Source: Klebsiella phage KP591P1. From it: 45,696 bases of DNA. Shown here piece by piece: positions 27,098-36,182 of the stretch. Every line of letters starts with the position of its first letter. Within the stretch, counting starts at the first letter, position 1. Position numbers and translations under genes: made by a program. The notes under the pieces are model-generated. The model was not told the origin of the DNA, ran no database searches, and saw only the letters and a program-made list of their open reading frames with translations. Where the stretch lies: the sequence record NC_071147.1; one strand, written 5' to 3'.

Positions 27098-27566
27098 CTG
27101 GAAGGTTGTTGCGGCTATTATCGGCGCCGCACTTCTGGCGCTGATTATCTACGGAAAGTGGGTCAATTACGGGAAGGCGAAATATAATTCTGGATATCTG
27201 GCCGCCGTAGAGGCGCAGAAGGTCAAAGACAAAGAGGCAAGCGAACAACATGAGCAAGACAAAAAGACCATCGAGCAGGAAGCGCAAGGCCGCATTGATG
27301 CCGCGCGTGCTGATGCTTCCGCTGCTGCTGCTAAGTCTGGCAGGTTGCAGCAACAGCTCGCCACAATCAGAAAGCAGCTCCTCGATTATTCCCGCACTGA
27401 GTCCATTGGCAATCCAGCCTCAAACACCGGAGTTTTGCTTGCCGACGTGCTCAGCAAATCTGTCGAAAGAAACAGACAATTGGCAGAATATGCTGACTCA
27501 GCAAGAGAAGCGGGATTGACGTGCCAGGCGCAATACAACTCTTTGCGCAATAAAAAAGCCCCGTAA
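27072..27566 (+). CDS. i-spanin (Rz-like)
   Basis: N-terminal TM, long coiled coil; embedded lipoprotein ORF. Confidence 0.65.
   Translation: MILQILKANWKVVAAIIGAALLALIIYGKWVNYGKAKYNSGYLAAVEAQKVKDKEASEQHEQDKKTIEQEAQGRIDAARADASAAAAKSGRLQQQLATIRKQLLDYSRTESIGNPASNTGVLLADVLSKSVERNRQLAEYADSAREAGLTCQAQYNSLRNKKAP
27298..27519 (+). CDS. o-spanin (Rz1-like lipoprotein) embedded in +1 frame of Rz
   Basis: MPRVLMLPLLLLSLAGC lipobox LAGC. Confidence 0.6.
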   Translation: MPRVLMLPLLLLSLAGCSNSSPQSESSSSIIPALSPLAIQPQTPEFCLPTCSANLSKETDNWQNMLTQQEKRD

Positions 27567-27580
27567 AGGGGCTTTGCTTG
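27556..27580. terminator. bidirectional rho-independent terminator
   Basis: AAAAAA GCCCC GTAAA GGGGC TTTGCTT. Confidence 0.7.
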
Positions 27581-27590
27581 GCTTGGAAGA

Positions 27591-27806
27591 CTAAACAACG
27601 AAGCCGATATTTTCACCATCGAGTTTTGCGGCAATTTCAACCTCAATAATCATGGTGGCAATCTTTCCTCTCGATTGCGTGCTGGTGTCAGTTTTCACCA
27701 CGCCGCCAACAATTCTCCCATCCTGGTCCACCACTTGCAGGCGTCCTTCAATAATCTCCTGATGTAGCCAGATTTTCTCAGGGTCTTTCGCTGCTTGTAC
27801 TGTCAT
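27591..27806 (-). CDS. hypothetical protein (71 aa)
   Basis: leftward operon, coupled ORFs. Confidence 0.4.
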   Translation of the reverse strand: MTVQAAKDPEKIWLHQEIIEGRLQVVDQDGRIVGGVVKTDTSTQSRGKIATMIIEVEIAAKLDGENIGFVV

Positions 27807-28024
27807 TTTGAATCCTCATAGAGTGGTTTCATTTTATAGCCAAACATGGCCGCATTCTGATGCTCAACGCTACCGGCAAACGCCAGATAGCGTCGACCAC
27901 GATTGCTGGTGATGATGTAGGCTGCTGGTTCGCCAAATCTCGGGGCGTGATAATCTCGCCGGGCAGGCTCATGCAACTCTACCATGTCGATTTCGATGCG
28001 TAGCGCGGGGTCATGCGTTGCCAT
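27803..28024 (-). CDS. hypothetical protein (73 aa)
   Basis: ATGA overlap. Confidence 0.4.
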   Translation of the reverse strand: MATHDPALRIEIDMVELHEPARRDYHAPRFGEPAAYIITSNRGRRYLAFAGSVEHQNAAMFGYKMKPLYEDSK

Positions 28025-28545
28025 TATTTCACCTCCCCATTCAGTTCATTAACAATTAATGTTGCATAGCCAGCAATGTCTTTCCAGCTGTCGTCGTATG
28101 TCGGGTCGCCATTCAGGATTCGACCGATTTTATGCTGAATCATGTCGAGCGCTTCCTTCTGGCTCGCCGTCAGGTTGTTCCAGCCGTCAACATCGCGCAT
28201 GGTGTCCTTCAGTGACTGCATGATTTCTGCGCCGTCTTTGAATTTACCATAACGACTGCCGCGCTCGGTGATAAGGGCCTCTGTTGGGTCTGTGCATTCC
28301 TTGGTAGCCTGCTCCTCAATATCCACAATGTACCGCTTGGCCATGCATAAGAATTGACTGCGGTATACGCCCTCACCCCAAATTCCAGAGCCGCCATGCA
28401 CACCCCAATACCTGGCGCCGGGAGTTGGGGAGATTTCCACGAAATATTTTCGCTTGTTGTTGTCAATGACAAGCATTGTTGCTTCTTCAGGAGCGCCATA
28501 GAAATGACCCTCATTGCCTTTCGTGTATTTGTATTTCCTCATCAC
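28024..28545 (-). CDS. hypothetical protein (173 aa)
   Basis: largest gene of leftward operon. Confidence 0.45.
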   Translation of the reverse strand: MMRKYKYTKGNEGHFYGAPEEATMLVIDNNKRKYFVEISPTPGARYWGVHGGSGIWGEGVYRSQFLCMAKRYIVDIEEQATKECTDPTEALITERGSRYGKFKDGAEIMQSLKDTMRDVDGWNNLTASQKEALDMIQHKIGRILNGDPTYDDSWKDIAGYATLIVNELNGEVK

Positions 28546-28742
28546 TCCACCCTCAACGTAACTTTGTTTTTCTCATTCACGCTGAAGTGCTCACGCACAA
28601 ACGCATACATTTCTTCAGTGCTCCATTCCCGCATTGCTACATAGCAGTGCGCGTAATATCTGACATCTCGCAGGCTTAACGGCTGGCGCTTAGCGATAAT
28701 CTCAGTCAATACTTCCAGTGGTTCTTTGCGTTGTCTCGCCAT
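28542..28742 (-). CDS. hypothetical protein (66 aa)
   Basis: RBS ACAGGAGAG; first gene after promoter. Confidence 0.4.
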   Translation of the reverse strand: MARQRKEPLEVLTEIIAKRQPLSLRDVRYYAHCYVAMREWSTEEMYAFVREHFSVNEKNKVTLRVE

Positions 28743-28765
28743 TGTCGCTCTCCTGTGAAAATCAT

Positions 28766-28783
28766 CTTGACGAATCTACGTCA
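28766..28783. promoter_or_regulatory. 18-bp palindrome TTGACGAATCTACGTCAA containing the conserved motif; divergent promoter/operator
   Basis: perfect inverted repeat TTGACG/CGTCAA around AATCTA. Confidence 0.45.
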
Positions 28784-28832
28784 ATTAGTCAATACTCTGT
28801 GTTGTAGATTATAACATCTTAATGCGAGTGAT

Positions 28833-29354
28833 GTGGATATGAACTTTATTGACTTGTTTGTTTACGAAAACGGCAAGCTTTACTGGAAGGTTAAGCCGTC
28901 AAACAACGTAAAGGCTGGCGCAAGGATTGGGTGCCTGGAGCCAACGACAGGTTATCGAAAGGTAAAAGTAAAATACACCCAGACATATGAGCACAGGATT
29001 GTTTGGGAGCTATTTAACGGACCAATACCGGAAGACATGGAAATTGATCACATCAACCACATCAGGGATGACAACCGAATAGAGAATCTGAGGCTTGTTA
29101 ACAGGAGAGAAAACACGAGAAACAGTTCAATCAGGAGCGACAACACCAGTGGTGTTGTTGGTGTTTGTTTTGATAAAAAGTGCGGCAAGTGGTACGCGCA
29201 AATAGTCTTAAACGGAACAAGGCTGCACTTAGGTCGCTTTTCAGAAAAGAGCGAAGCAATAAAGGCCAGACTTGAAGCTAAAATGAAATATGGTTTCCAT
29301 GAAAACCATGGAATCAATAGGCCAAAAAGAATGATGAAAGGTGGTGTGGAATGA
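28833..29354 (+). CDS. HNH homing endonuclease with AP2-like DNA-binding domain
   Basis: EIDHINHIRDDNRIENLR (HNH) and GVCFDKKCGKWYAQIVLNGTRLHLGRF (AP2-like). Confidence 0.65.
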   Translation: MDMNFIDLFVYENGKLYWKVKPSNNVKAGARIGCLEPTTGYRKVKVKYTQTYEHRIVWELFNGPIPEDMEIDHINHIRDDNRIENLRLVNRRENTRNSSIRSDNTSGVVGVCFDKKCGKWYAQIVLNGTRLHLGRFSEKSEAIKARLEAKMKYGFHENHGINRPKRMMKGGVE

Positions 29355-29566
29355 AAAAGTGGCAGGAGGTGACAGAGGTTCATAAGCGCGATTGCCGGGA
29401 GACTCTGCAAATGCTTAATGTACCGGAGTCAATCATTAAATCTATCGAGCAGCGCATTGACCTGGCTGCTATGGAGGCCGCCCATGAAGCCGAGGAAGCG
29501 CAAATGTTGTCATGGATGGACAGAACTCTACCGGGCGTTTTACATCGTGGTAAGACTACCGATTGA
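29351..29566 (+). CDS. hypothetical protein (71 aa)
   Basis: ATGA overlap. Confidence 0.4.
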   Translation: MKKWQEVTEVHKRDCRETLQMLNVPESIIKSIEQRIDLAAMEAAHEAEEAQMLSWMDRTLPGVLHRGKTTD

Positions 29567-29649
29567 AGATGATGACGGGTATCTGCATAACCATAGTCAG
29601 GTACTCAAATATTATGGCGTTCACTATAAAGTGCTGATGGAGAGAAAAA

Positions 29650-29841
29650 ATGACTACTGATCAGGTGTATGAAAAAGAGTTGCTGAACAAGCTGGAAGAA
29701 CTCGACCGCACTCGCGCTTGGGTTGAAAGCGAATTGCGCGAGGTTCGCAACCGCATGCAACGGCAGGTTAACCGCGAAATTATCGAATGGCGCGAGGGGC
29801 GCCCACATTTCAGCAATATTGGTGAATGGGTGGCGAAATGA
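29650..29841 (+). CDS. hypothetical coiled-coil protein (63 aa)
   Basis: RBS GGAGAGAAAAA. Confidence 0.4.
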   Translation: MTTDQVYEKELLNKLEELDRTRAWVESELREVRNRMQRQVNREIIEWREGRPHFSNIGEWVAK

Positions 29842-30077
29842 GCAAGGCCAGCACGCTGCATGAATTAATCATGGCTGATATCAGGGAAAACAACGCAAGG
29901 GCCAGATGGCAGCGAAACCAGCCTGACCGCCGAACATTAAAGCAGAAGCTACATCCAAAGCGCAGGCGCCCAAACAGAAAGCGGGACTATCGCAGGGATA
30001 AGGTGTTGCTTAAACTATGTGATATTCAGATGAAATTTATGATTAAGGAGGCGATGAATGAAACCAATGATGAATGA
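29838..30077 (+). CDS. small highly basic protein
   Basis: KRRRPNRKRDYRRDK; ATGA overlap. Confidence 0.35.
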   Translation: MSKASTLHELIMADIRENNARARWQRNQPDRRTLKQKLHPKRRRPNRKRDYRRDKVLLKLCDIQMKFMIKEAMNETNDE

Positions 30078-30294
30078 TGAAGGGTTGCTGGAGTGTCCTT
30101 TTTGCGGTAGCAATGATGCTTACAGCGACAGTCAGGGAGACGATTTTTTCGTTGCCTGTGCAGAGTGTGGTAATGGAACTGACTACTGGCTATTGCTGGA
30201 TGACGCCGTAAAGAAATGGAACACCCGCAACGGCCACCTCTACACCGCTGACGACTACAAACAAGATGCACTGGAGCGTGAGCATGGACTTTAA
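30058..30294 (+). CDS. Lar-family restriction-alleviation-like zinc-finger protein
   Basis: LLECPFCGSNDAY...VACAECGNG...KKWNTRN matches Lar family pattern. Confidence 0.5.
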   Translation: MKPMMNDEGLLECPFCGSNDAYSDSQGDDFFVACAECGNGTDYWLLLDDAVKKWNTRNGHLYTADDYKQDALEREHGL

Positions 30295-30754
30295 AACGCA
30301 AATACTCACGGTGATAGAGCGCTGTGGTGGCGCAACCAATGCCATGACACGCAAGCAGACTGGCATGACAAACCGTGCCAGCGTTACCGGCTATCTGATT
30401 GAGCTGGAGGGTATGGGATTTATTATTAAAGAGGAAAGCGTAAGTCATGGTCGGCGATGCTTTAAGTATTTCCTCAATCCCGATAATACCGCGCTTGACC
30501 TGGCAATTCAGACCTATCTTGAGGCGAATCCAGGGCGCAAGAGCAAGCAGATAGCAGAGGCTGTCGGCGTCAACTACACCATCCTCAAGGCACGCATGCG
30601 CTATCTGGCAAGCATTGGTCAGGTTGACCGTGAAATGCTTCCCGGCGGCGCATGGAAATATTACTGGCAGGAGATTATCCCGTTTGGCATGAGCCGTGAC
30701 AGGATGATGTTTGAAAAACTGCTTGCCGGGGCGCGCCAGTCATGTGGGCGGTAA
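30284..30754 (+). CDS. winged-helix DNA-binding protein
   Basis: two HTH-like segments (TGMTNRASVTGYLIELEGMG; QIAEAVGVNYTILKARMRYL). Confidence 0.4.
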   Translation: MDFKTQILTVIERCGGATNAMTRKQTGMTNRASVTGYLIELEGMGFIIKEESVSHGRRCFKYFLNPDNTALDLAIQTYLEANPGRKSKQIAEAVGVNYTILKARMRYLASIGQVDREMLPGGAWKYYWQEIIPFGMSRDRMMFEKLLAGARQSCGR

Positions 30755-31116
30755 AGCATAAATCAGGAACCGTGCTGTTTGTCACCAGTTGTGAGCGCAC
30801 GGCCAATAATCGCAGGGAGATGGGGTGGATAGTGGAGGAAGCAAAGATGACAAGTAGAGAGCAGTTTGAATCGTGGTATTTCAAGCGTTATGGCGTAAAG
30901 GATTTGACGGTAGTTAGAAATCACGCTGAATTTTGTGACGCGTTGGAGGTATGGCAAGCATCACGCGCAGCAATTGAGATTGAGCAAATGAAAGCTCTAA
31001 CAACCAGAGATGCATTGGCTGCTGGTTATACAGCGGATTATGCAACTGGCGTGGAGCATGGAATTCAGGTTATGGAAAACGCAATAGAATTGGCTGGATT
31101 AAAGGTGAAGGCATGA
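30742..31116 (+). CDS. hypothetical protein (124 aa)
   Basis: coupled ORF. Confidence 0.4.
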   Translation: MWAVKHKSGTVLFVTSCERTANNRREMGWIVEEAKMTSREQFESWYFKRYGVKDLTVVRNHAEFCDALEVWQASRAAIEIEQMKALTTRDALAAGYTADYATGVEHGIQVMENAIELAGLKVKA

Positions 31117-31457
31117 AACTACAACTTAACGAAATCATGGAAGCAACAATCAGCGAACTGGATGACATTGATATGACACTTGCCTTTGAGATTGAGGCTA
31201 TCGAGCGCCAGCTTTCTGGAAACCATGATGCAGACAGAGTATGGAAGGAGAAGGCAATGAAAGCTCGAGACCATATGAAGCGCACCCGCGCGCTGGTTCG
31301 CACTCGCCTTGATAAGCTCTACTACGGCGAAGAAAGAATGTTGCATGGCGCCATTCTGGCTGAAATCCGCAAAACGATGCCAATCGGGAAATTCATGGAT
31401 GCAGTAAACCGCGCAAAAATTAACTGCGGAATGTTAAATAAGAATAGTCCTCAATAA
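31113..31457 (+). CDS. hypothetical protein (114 aa)
   Basis: ATGA overlap. Confidence 0.4.
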   Translation: MKLQLNEIMEATISELDDIDMTLAFEIEAIERQLSGNHDADRVWKEKAMKARDHMKRTRALVRTRLDKLYYGEERMLHGAILAEIRKTMPIGKFMDAVNRAKINCGMLNKNSPQ

Positions 31458-31501
31458 ATTCTCTCCCGTGGCTGTTACCTTGCATTCAGGAGGTAGCAGC
31501 C

Positions 31502-31624
31502 ATGCCAATCATACTGATATCATTCTTTGCTACTCTTTTCGCTTTTACCGCATCTCCGCTTTACCTTCTCGCGTCCGTTTCGTGGTGCATATTCATGGTG
31601 TGTTATAATCAGGGCATAAAGTAA
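31502..31624 (+). CDS. small membrane peptide (40 aa)
   Basis: strong RBS AGGAGG; MPIILISFFATLFAFTASPLYLLASVSWCIFMV. Confidence 0.35.
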   Translation: MPIILISFFATLFAFTASPLYLLASVSWCIFMVCYNQGIK

Positions 31625-31639
31625 GCGCGGAGAAAGGTC

Positions 31640-33040
31640 ATGATTGTCAAAATTGGCGACAAGTGGGTCGTTAAATCTAAGGATGGCTCGCACCAGTTTG
31701 GCGAGTACGACACCGAAGAGGCGGCGAAAAAGCGTCTTGCTGAGGTGGAGGCATTCAAGCACATGAATAATAAATTACAGGTTAACATCCTGTATACCAT
31801 CAACTCAGCCAGCAATATCGGTGAAAAAATCATTGATGGCGAACCGCACTATGTCATCAAGAATGTCGTGCCGGTGGTGGATGATATTGTCATGAACGGC
31901 GGCCTGTACCCTGGCGATGAGATTAAAAAATCATTCCATGGTCTTGATGGAAAACCGGCGCCATATGACCACCCGAAGATTGACGGCAAATACGTATCGG
32001 CCAACATGACGCGGGCAGCCAATCAGTTCGGCGTTGGTGCATGGATTGAGAACTCATCCCATGACGGCAGTAAGGTGCTGGTAGACCTTTATATTAATAA
32101 GGTGGTAGCCGAGCGATCTGATAAGGGCCGGGAGTTGCTTTCGAGAATTGATGGCCTCAAAGTTAACAGCGCTGACGCTGAGCCTGTTCAGGTGTCTACC
32201 GGCCTGTTACTCAACCGTGAGCAGGCATCAGGAACTTCCAAGGGTAAAAAATATTCCTGGATTGCCCGGAATATGGAATGGGATCACCTCGCTATTCTTC
32301 CGCCTGGCATTCCCGGTGCTGGCGGTCCTGCTGATGGTGTCGGTATCTTTGCTGCTAACGGCGAAGACATTGAGCGCGTTGTAGTCAACCTTGAGGAATC
32401 GGCAATGACCGACGAAAGTGCAAACAAAATCAAATGGTGGCAGCGTGCCATCAATCGCCTGACTGGAAATCAACTGTCATTCACCGATATTACTGAGCAG
32501 CTCCGCAATATCATCAAGGCCGAGACTCAGGCTGATGTATGGCCTTACATCGTAGCCGTTTATGATAATTACTTCGGCGTTGAGATTGACGGCACCATTT
32601 ATATGCAGTCCTACATCGTCCGCGAGGATATGGTAGAATTAGTCGGTGAACGGGTTAAGGCTGTTTATAAGACAGAGCTTGAACCGGTAAAATCAAACGA
32701 AGGGGAAATCTCAATGACTAACGAGGAATTACAGGCTGTATTGGCCGATGCCCTCAAACCGGTTCAGGAATCGTTGACCGCAGTCAACCAGAAACTGGCC
32801 GATGTGGAGGCGCAAAACAAAACCCTGCGCGACCAGCTGCAAGCCAATGCCGCACAGGAAGAAACCGCAATGCGCGCCGCCATTATGGCTGAGCTGAAGT
32901 TGCCGGAATCTGCTGTTAATGCGCTGACTGGCGAAGCACTGCGTGAAACCTATGCGCTCACCAGTAAAGCGGCTCCGATTTCCGGCGGGTTCCAGCCGAA
33001 CCGTGCCGAAGAAGATTTTGATATGGAGGCACCTGAATAA
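31640..33040 (+). CDS. putative scaffold / head maturation protein (possible protease-scaffold fusion)
   Basis: 466 aa upstream of capsid gene; C-terminal coiled coil [38 protein letters not shown]. Confidence 0.4.
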   Translation: MIVKIGDKWVVKSKDGSHQFGEYDTEEAAKKRLAEVEAFKHMNNKLQVNILYTINSASNIGEKIIDGEPHYVIKNVVPVVDDIVMNGGLYPGDEIKKSFHGLDGKPAPYDHPKIDGKYVSANMTRAANQFGVGAWIENSSHDGSKVLVDLYINKVVAERSDKGRELLSRIDGLKVNSADAEPVQVSTGLLLNREQASGTSKGKKYSWIARNMEWDHLAILPPGIPGAGGPADGVGIFAANGEDIERVVVNLEESAMTDESANKIKWWQRAINRLTGNQLSFTDITEQLRNIIKAETQADVWPYIVAVYDNYFGVEIDGTIYMQSYIVREDMVELVGERVKAVYKTELEPVKSNEGEISMTNEELQAVLADALKPVQESLTAVNQKLADVEAQNKTLRDQLQANAAQEETAMRAAIMAELKLPESAVNALTGEALRETYALTSKAAPISGGFQPNRAEEDFDMEAPE

Positions 33041-33504
33041 TGGCTACTATCCGTTATGGCACCATCATCGGCGGCCCGGCCCGCAAAAATGACCCGCAGT
33101 TGCGCGAAGGCCTGATGAACGTCGCCCTGCAACCGGGCGCACTGGTCGACTTCAACTCCTCTGACAAAATCATCGCGCATGCGACTGCTGGCGGTCAGGG
33201 TTTCCCCTACGTTCTGCAACACAACTATGTTGGTGGCGGTGACGTGAGCGAAGCTGTACCGGCGAATGCTACCGGCATGGCAGTGCAGTGCGAATTTGGC
33301 GTAACGTATCACGCTCTGGTTGCGGCATCCTCCGCGCTGGTAAAAGGTACTCCGCTGGCAAGCAATGGCTCCGGCGCGTTAAAGGTTGCAGAAGCAGGCG
33401 AAAACATCCTGTTTTATGCGTATGAAGCCTACACCGTAGCATCTGATGGCGCTGAACTCGTTGCAGTTCGTCGTGCTGGCAATGCTGCAATGCCTGCGGC
33501 GTAA
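33040..33504 (+). CDS. head-associated structural protein (154 aa, Ala/Gly-rich; decoration or scaffold-like)
   Basis: TAATG coupling, immediately upstream of major capsid gene. Confidence 0.35.
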   Translation: MATIRYGTIIGGPARKNDPQLREGLMNVALQPGALVDFNSSDKIIAHATAGGQGFPYVLQHNYVGGGDVSEAVPANATGMAVQCEFGVTYHALVAASSALVKGTPLASNGSGALKVAEAGENILFYAYEAYTVASDGAELVAVRRAGNAAMPAA

Positions 33505-33515
33505 GGAGCCGAACA

Positions 33516-34604
33516 ATGGAAAAGATTATCTTTACGAAAGGCTTAATCACCAACTCGCAGGTGGTTAAAGAGCAATGGCGCCACCTGACTGTTGACCGCA
33601 AGGTTTTCATCAATGGTGAAAACGCTCTGGCGAAAGAATACGGCGTGAACGCCACCGCACTGGTAACGAAAGACTACTGGCGCGAAGTGGATGACGTGAC
33701 CACCCGTGTATTCCGCAACGAGTCAGGTATGGACATGATGGCCGACCTGATGACGCTGGCGACCAACATCAACATCGGTAAGACCGTGGCAATTAGCCGC
33801 ATGGCCTCCGATGCTGGCAAGGTTGTGCGCACCATCTCCGGGCAGGAGCCTGAAGACCTGGATAAAACCCGCTATTCCTACAGCGGAGATGTAATCCCGA
33901 TCTTCAAAACCGGTTATGGCCGCGAGTGGCGCGAGCTGATGGGTATGCAGTCTGAAGGTTTCGACCCGCTGATTGATGACCAGGAAAGCACCACCTTCAA
34001 CCTGCGCGCAGACATGGCTGATTATCTGCTGGTCGGCGACGCAAGCCTGAACGTGAATGGCGTTTATACCGCCTACGGCATCACCAACCACCCTAACACC
34101 GTGCAGCTTAACCTGAGTGCCTCTGGTACTGGCGCGCTGAACATCGACCTGCAAACTGCAACCCCTGATGAAATCGTTGAGTTCTTCAACCAGGATTTCC
34201 AGGCGGTTCTCGATGCGCAAAACGTGTTCGAGCCGGTTACTCTGTGGGTTTCTCCGTCTGTGCGTCGCTCCTTCAGCCGTCCGTACTCCAACGCGGCAGG
34301 CTTCAAAGGCGGCACCATTGAGGATTATATCCTCGCATTCGGAAAAACCGGCAACGTTGGCCGCATCGCGTCTATCGGCACCAACTTCAAGCTGACCGGG
34401 AACCATTTCGTCGGCTATGTGAAGAATGCACTGTATATTCGCCCTCGCGTCGCTCAGCCGGTATCTACCTATGCAGAGCCGCGTACCACGCCGCATGCTA
34501 ACTTTAACTTCCTGACCTGGGCTGCTATGGGCCTGCAAATCCGTAAGGATTTCAATGGTCGAAGCAAAGTTTTCAACGGCTACGGCACGCAAACCGCGCT
34601 GTAA
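33516..34604 (+). CDS. major capsid protein
   Basis: 362 aa; follows scaffold-like genes; strong terminator hairpin directly downstream. Confidence 0.6.
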   Translation: MEKIIFTKGLITNSQVVKEQWRHLTVDRKVFINGENALAKEYGVNATALVTKDYWREVDDVTTRVFRNESGMDMMADLMTLATNINIGKTVAISRMASDAGKVVRTISGQEPEDLDKTRYSYSGDVIPIFKTGYGREWRELMGMQSEGFDPLIDDQESTTFNLRADMADYLLVGDASLNVNGVYTAYGITNHPNTVQLNLSASGTGALNIDLQTATPDEIVEFFNQDFQAVLDAQNVFEPVTLWVSPSVRRSFSRPYSNAAGFKGGTIEDYILAFGKTGNVGRIASIGTNFKLTGNHFVGYVKNALYIRPRVAQPVSTYAEPRTTPHANFNFLTWAAMGLQIRKDFNGRSKVFNGYGTQTAL

Positions 34605-34608
34605 AAAC

Positions 34609-34630
34609 AAAGGGGCGAGTAGCCCCTTTT
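34609..34630 (+). terminator. rho-independent terminator/attenuator after capsid gene
   Basis: AAAGGGGC GAGTA GCCCC TTTT. Confidence 0.65.
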
Positions 34631-34647
34631 AACTATCAGAGGTTATC

Positions 34648-34842
34648 ATGGCTAAATATGAAGTAATCGCCAGCGGAATCTTTGTCAAGGATAAAGACGG
34701 TCGTCTGCGCGAGCTTGCCATTGGCGACGTGATTGACGAATCCACTCCGCACATTGAGTCAAAACTTCGCCAGGTTAGTGATAAAATTCTGGAAGTTGCA
34801 ACTCCGCAAGAATCGCAGCCAAAGACAAAGAAAACCAAGTAA
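34648..34842 (+). CDS. hypothetical small protein (64 aa)
   Basis: TIR GAGGTTATCATGGCT. Confidence 0.4.
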   Translation: MAKYEVIASGIFVKDKDGRLRELAIGDVIDESTPHIESKLRQVSDKILEVATPQESQPKTKKTK

Positions 34843-34847
34843 AATAA

Positions 34848-34870
34848 ACCCGCAAACAAGCGGGTTTTTT
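34848..34870 (+). terminator. rho-independent terminator
   Basis: ACCCGC AAACAA GCGGGT TTTTTT. Confidence 0.65.
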
Positions 34871-34883
34871 ATTGGGGGTTATC

Positions 34884-35702
34884 ATGGCTGTCAGGTACGA
34901 AATAAACACAACTCCGGCTGACGGAGAGGTTTTGCTTAGCGAAACCATGTCAGCAGACTGGACTGCATTGCAGGTGCAGATTGTGCCATTAAACTCTTCC
35001 GGAGGTCATGCACCATTAACAAGCGGCTCTGTTTCCGTAATGGTATCGCCGTTTGCATCTGGTGACTTCTGGATTGACGTCAACAATAATAATTATTATG
35101 GCGTGGCGCTGCGACTGAAAGTGATCAAGTCACAACTCCCTGCTGGCGTTGCGTCCCTGAAAGTCCTGGTATGGCGAGCTGACACCTCAGTGCCATCAAG
35201 TCAGGTTGTCGCTCAGTCCTACTCGGAGCTTGCCAACAAGCAAGGTAAGTTATTCACAGCATCGCGTCGCGTGACTGATGTTGCTGGCGGGGCTAATCTT
35301 GACAGCATTTTTATTACCGGCTCAAAACAGGTCGTGTTCAATCAGCGCATCATTGGCTACACTGGGAAAGGTGTCGTAGCGTCAATCTACCGTGGAGCCG
35401 TAGCCACTGGCGGCACCGCTGCCGAGATTAATAACCCAAATGACATAGCACCGCATACTGCAACGGCGCAGCTTCTTACTGGCTCTACAGTTACAAGTAT
35501 CGGTCAGCTGACGGTGGCTGCAACGTATAGTGAAGGGAACGCATCTAATCAGGGGCAGGGCAATTCTCAGGCAAAACTTGGTGAGCAGGTCATCATGGCC
35601 CCTAATACTACCTACCTGTTACACATCACATCGCTGGATACTGCGGCGCAAAACATCAATGCTTACGTTTCGTGGTTTGAGGATGACGCTTATCTTCCGT
35701 GA
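34884..35702 (+). CDS. putative virion structural protein (272 aa)
   Basis: TIR GGGGTTATCATGGCT identical to previous gene; track start 34872 is TTG. Confidence 0.4.
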   Translation: MAVRYEINTTPADGEVLLSETMSADWTALQVQIVPLNSSGGHAPLTSGSVSVMVSPFASGDFWIDVNNNNYYGVALRLKVIKSQLPAGVASLKVLVWRADTSVPSSQVVAQSYSELANKQGKLFTASRRVTDVAGGANLDSIFITGSKQVVFNQRIIGYTGKGVVASIYRGAVATGGTAAEINNPNDIAPHTATAQLLTGSTVTSIGQLTVAATYSEGNASNQGQGNSQAKLGEQVIMAPNTTYLLHITSLDTAAQNINAYVSWFEDDAYLP

Positions 35703-35704
35703 CA

Positions 35705-35735
35705 AAAGAAAAGCCCCAGAAGGGGCTTTGTTTAC
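35705..35735. terminator. bidirectional rho-independent terminator
   Basis: AAAAGAAA AGCCCC AGAA GGGGCT TTGTTT. Confidence 0.7.
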
Positions 35736-35983
35736 TTATGGTCGCGAAGTTGAATGAGATTATCAATCAGCCTCTGAATTGAGGCGTTGTCTTTGAATGT
35801 GATATAAATTTCCGCCTCATCAATATCATCAACTTCATCGCCCGGCACCCCTCGATTTGTGCTATTCGCAATAGCTATTAACTTTTCACCATGGAAAGAG
35901 CCAAATTTAATGCCAACGTAACCATAACCAAGACTGGCAACTTTTGAGCCGTCCTTCTGAGTAAAAACGCCATTCTTTTTCAT
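35732..35983 (-). CDS. hypothetical protein (83 aa; internal start with RBS GAGGA)
   Basis: MKKNGVFTQKDGSKVASLGYGY... Confidence 0.35.
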   Translation of the reverse strand: MKKNGVFTQKDGSKVASLGYGYVGIKFGSFHGEKLIAIANSTNRGVPGDEVDDIDEAEIYITFKDNASIQRLIDNLIQLRDHK

Positions 35984-36005
35984 CACTAAATCCTCGTTGG
36001 CATAA

Positions 36006-36182
36006 CTGTTATTTTTTGTTCTTGATGTAATGCTGCTTTGCGATATACAGCATCTCATCAAATGATTTTCCGGTAACGCTTCGGCATTGTCGAAAGTGCT
36101 GCAATGCGGCCTCTATGGCCGCGTTGTCGATGCCTGGCAGTTTTTCGCGCAGGTTTTTCTCTATGAATTGTTCGGTGTTCAT
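36006..36182 (-). CDS. hypothetical small protein (58 aa)
   Basis: ATGA overlap with upstream gene; not in ORF track. Confidence 0.3.

Noticed and set aside
29418-29660. 80-aa ORF overlapping 29351-29566 in another frame
   Set aside because: Less consistent with operon coupling than the 29351 and 29650 ORFs, which have RBSs and ATGA junctions.
33723-34610. 295-aa minus-strand ORF antisense to the major capsid gene
   Set aside because: Lies entirely within a well-supported plus-strand gene; no RBS; typical high-GC antisense shadow ORF.
34872-34883. Track start TTG at 34872 for the structural protein gene (and TTG at 11393 for the helicase)
   Set aside because: A canonical ATG with a better-spaced RBS follows 12 nt downstream at 34884; the helicase start is left flagged as uncertain.
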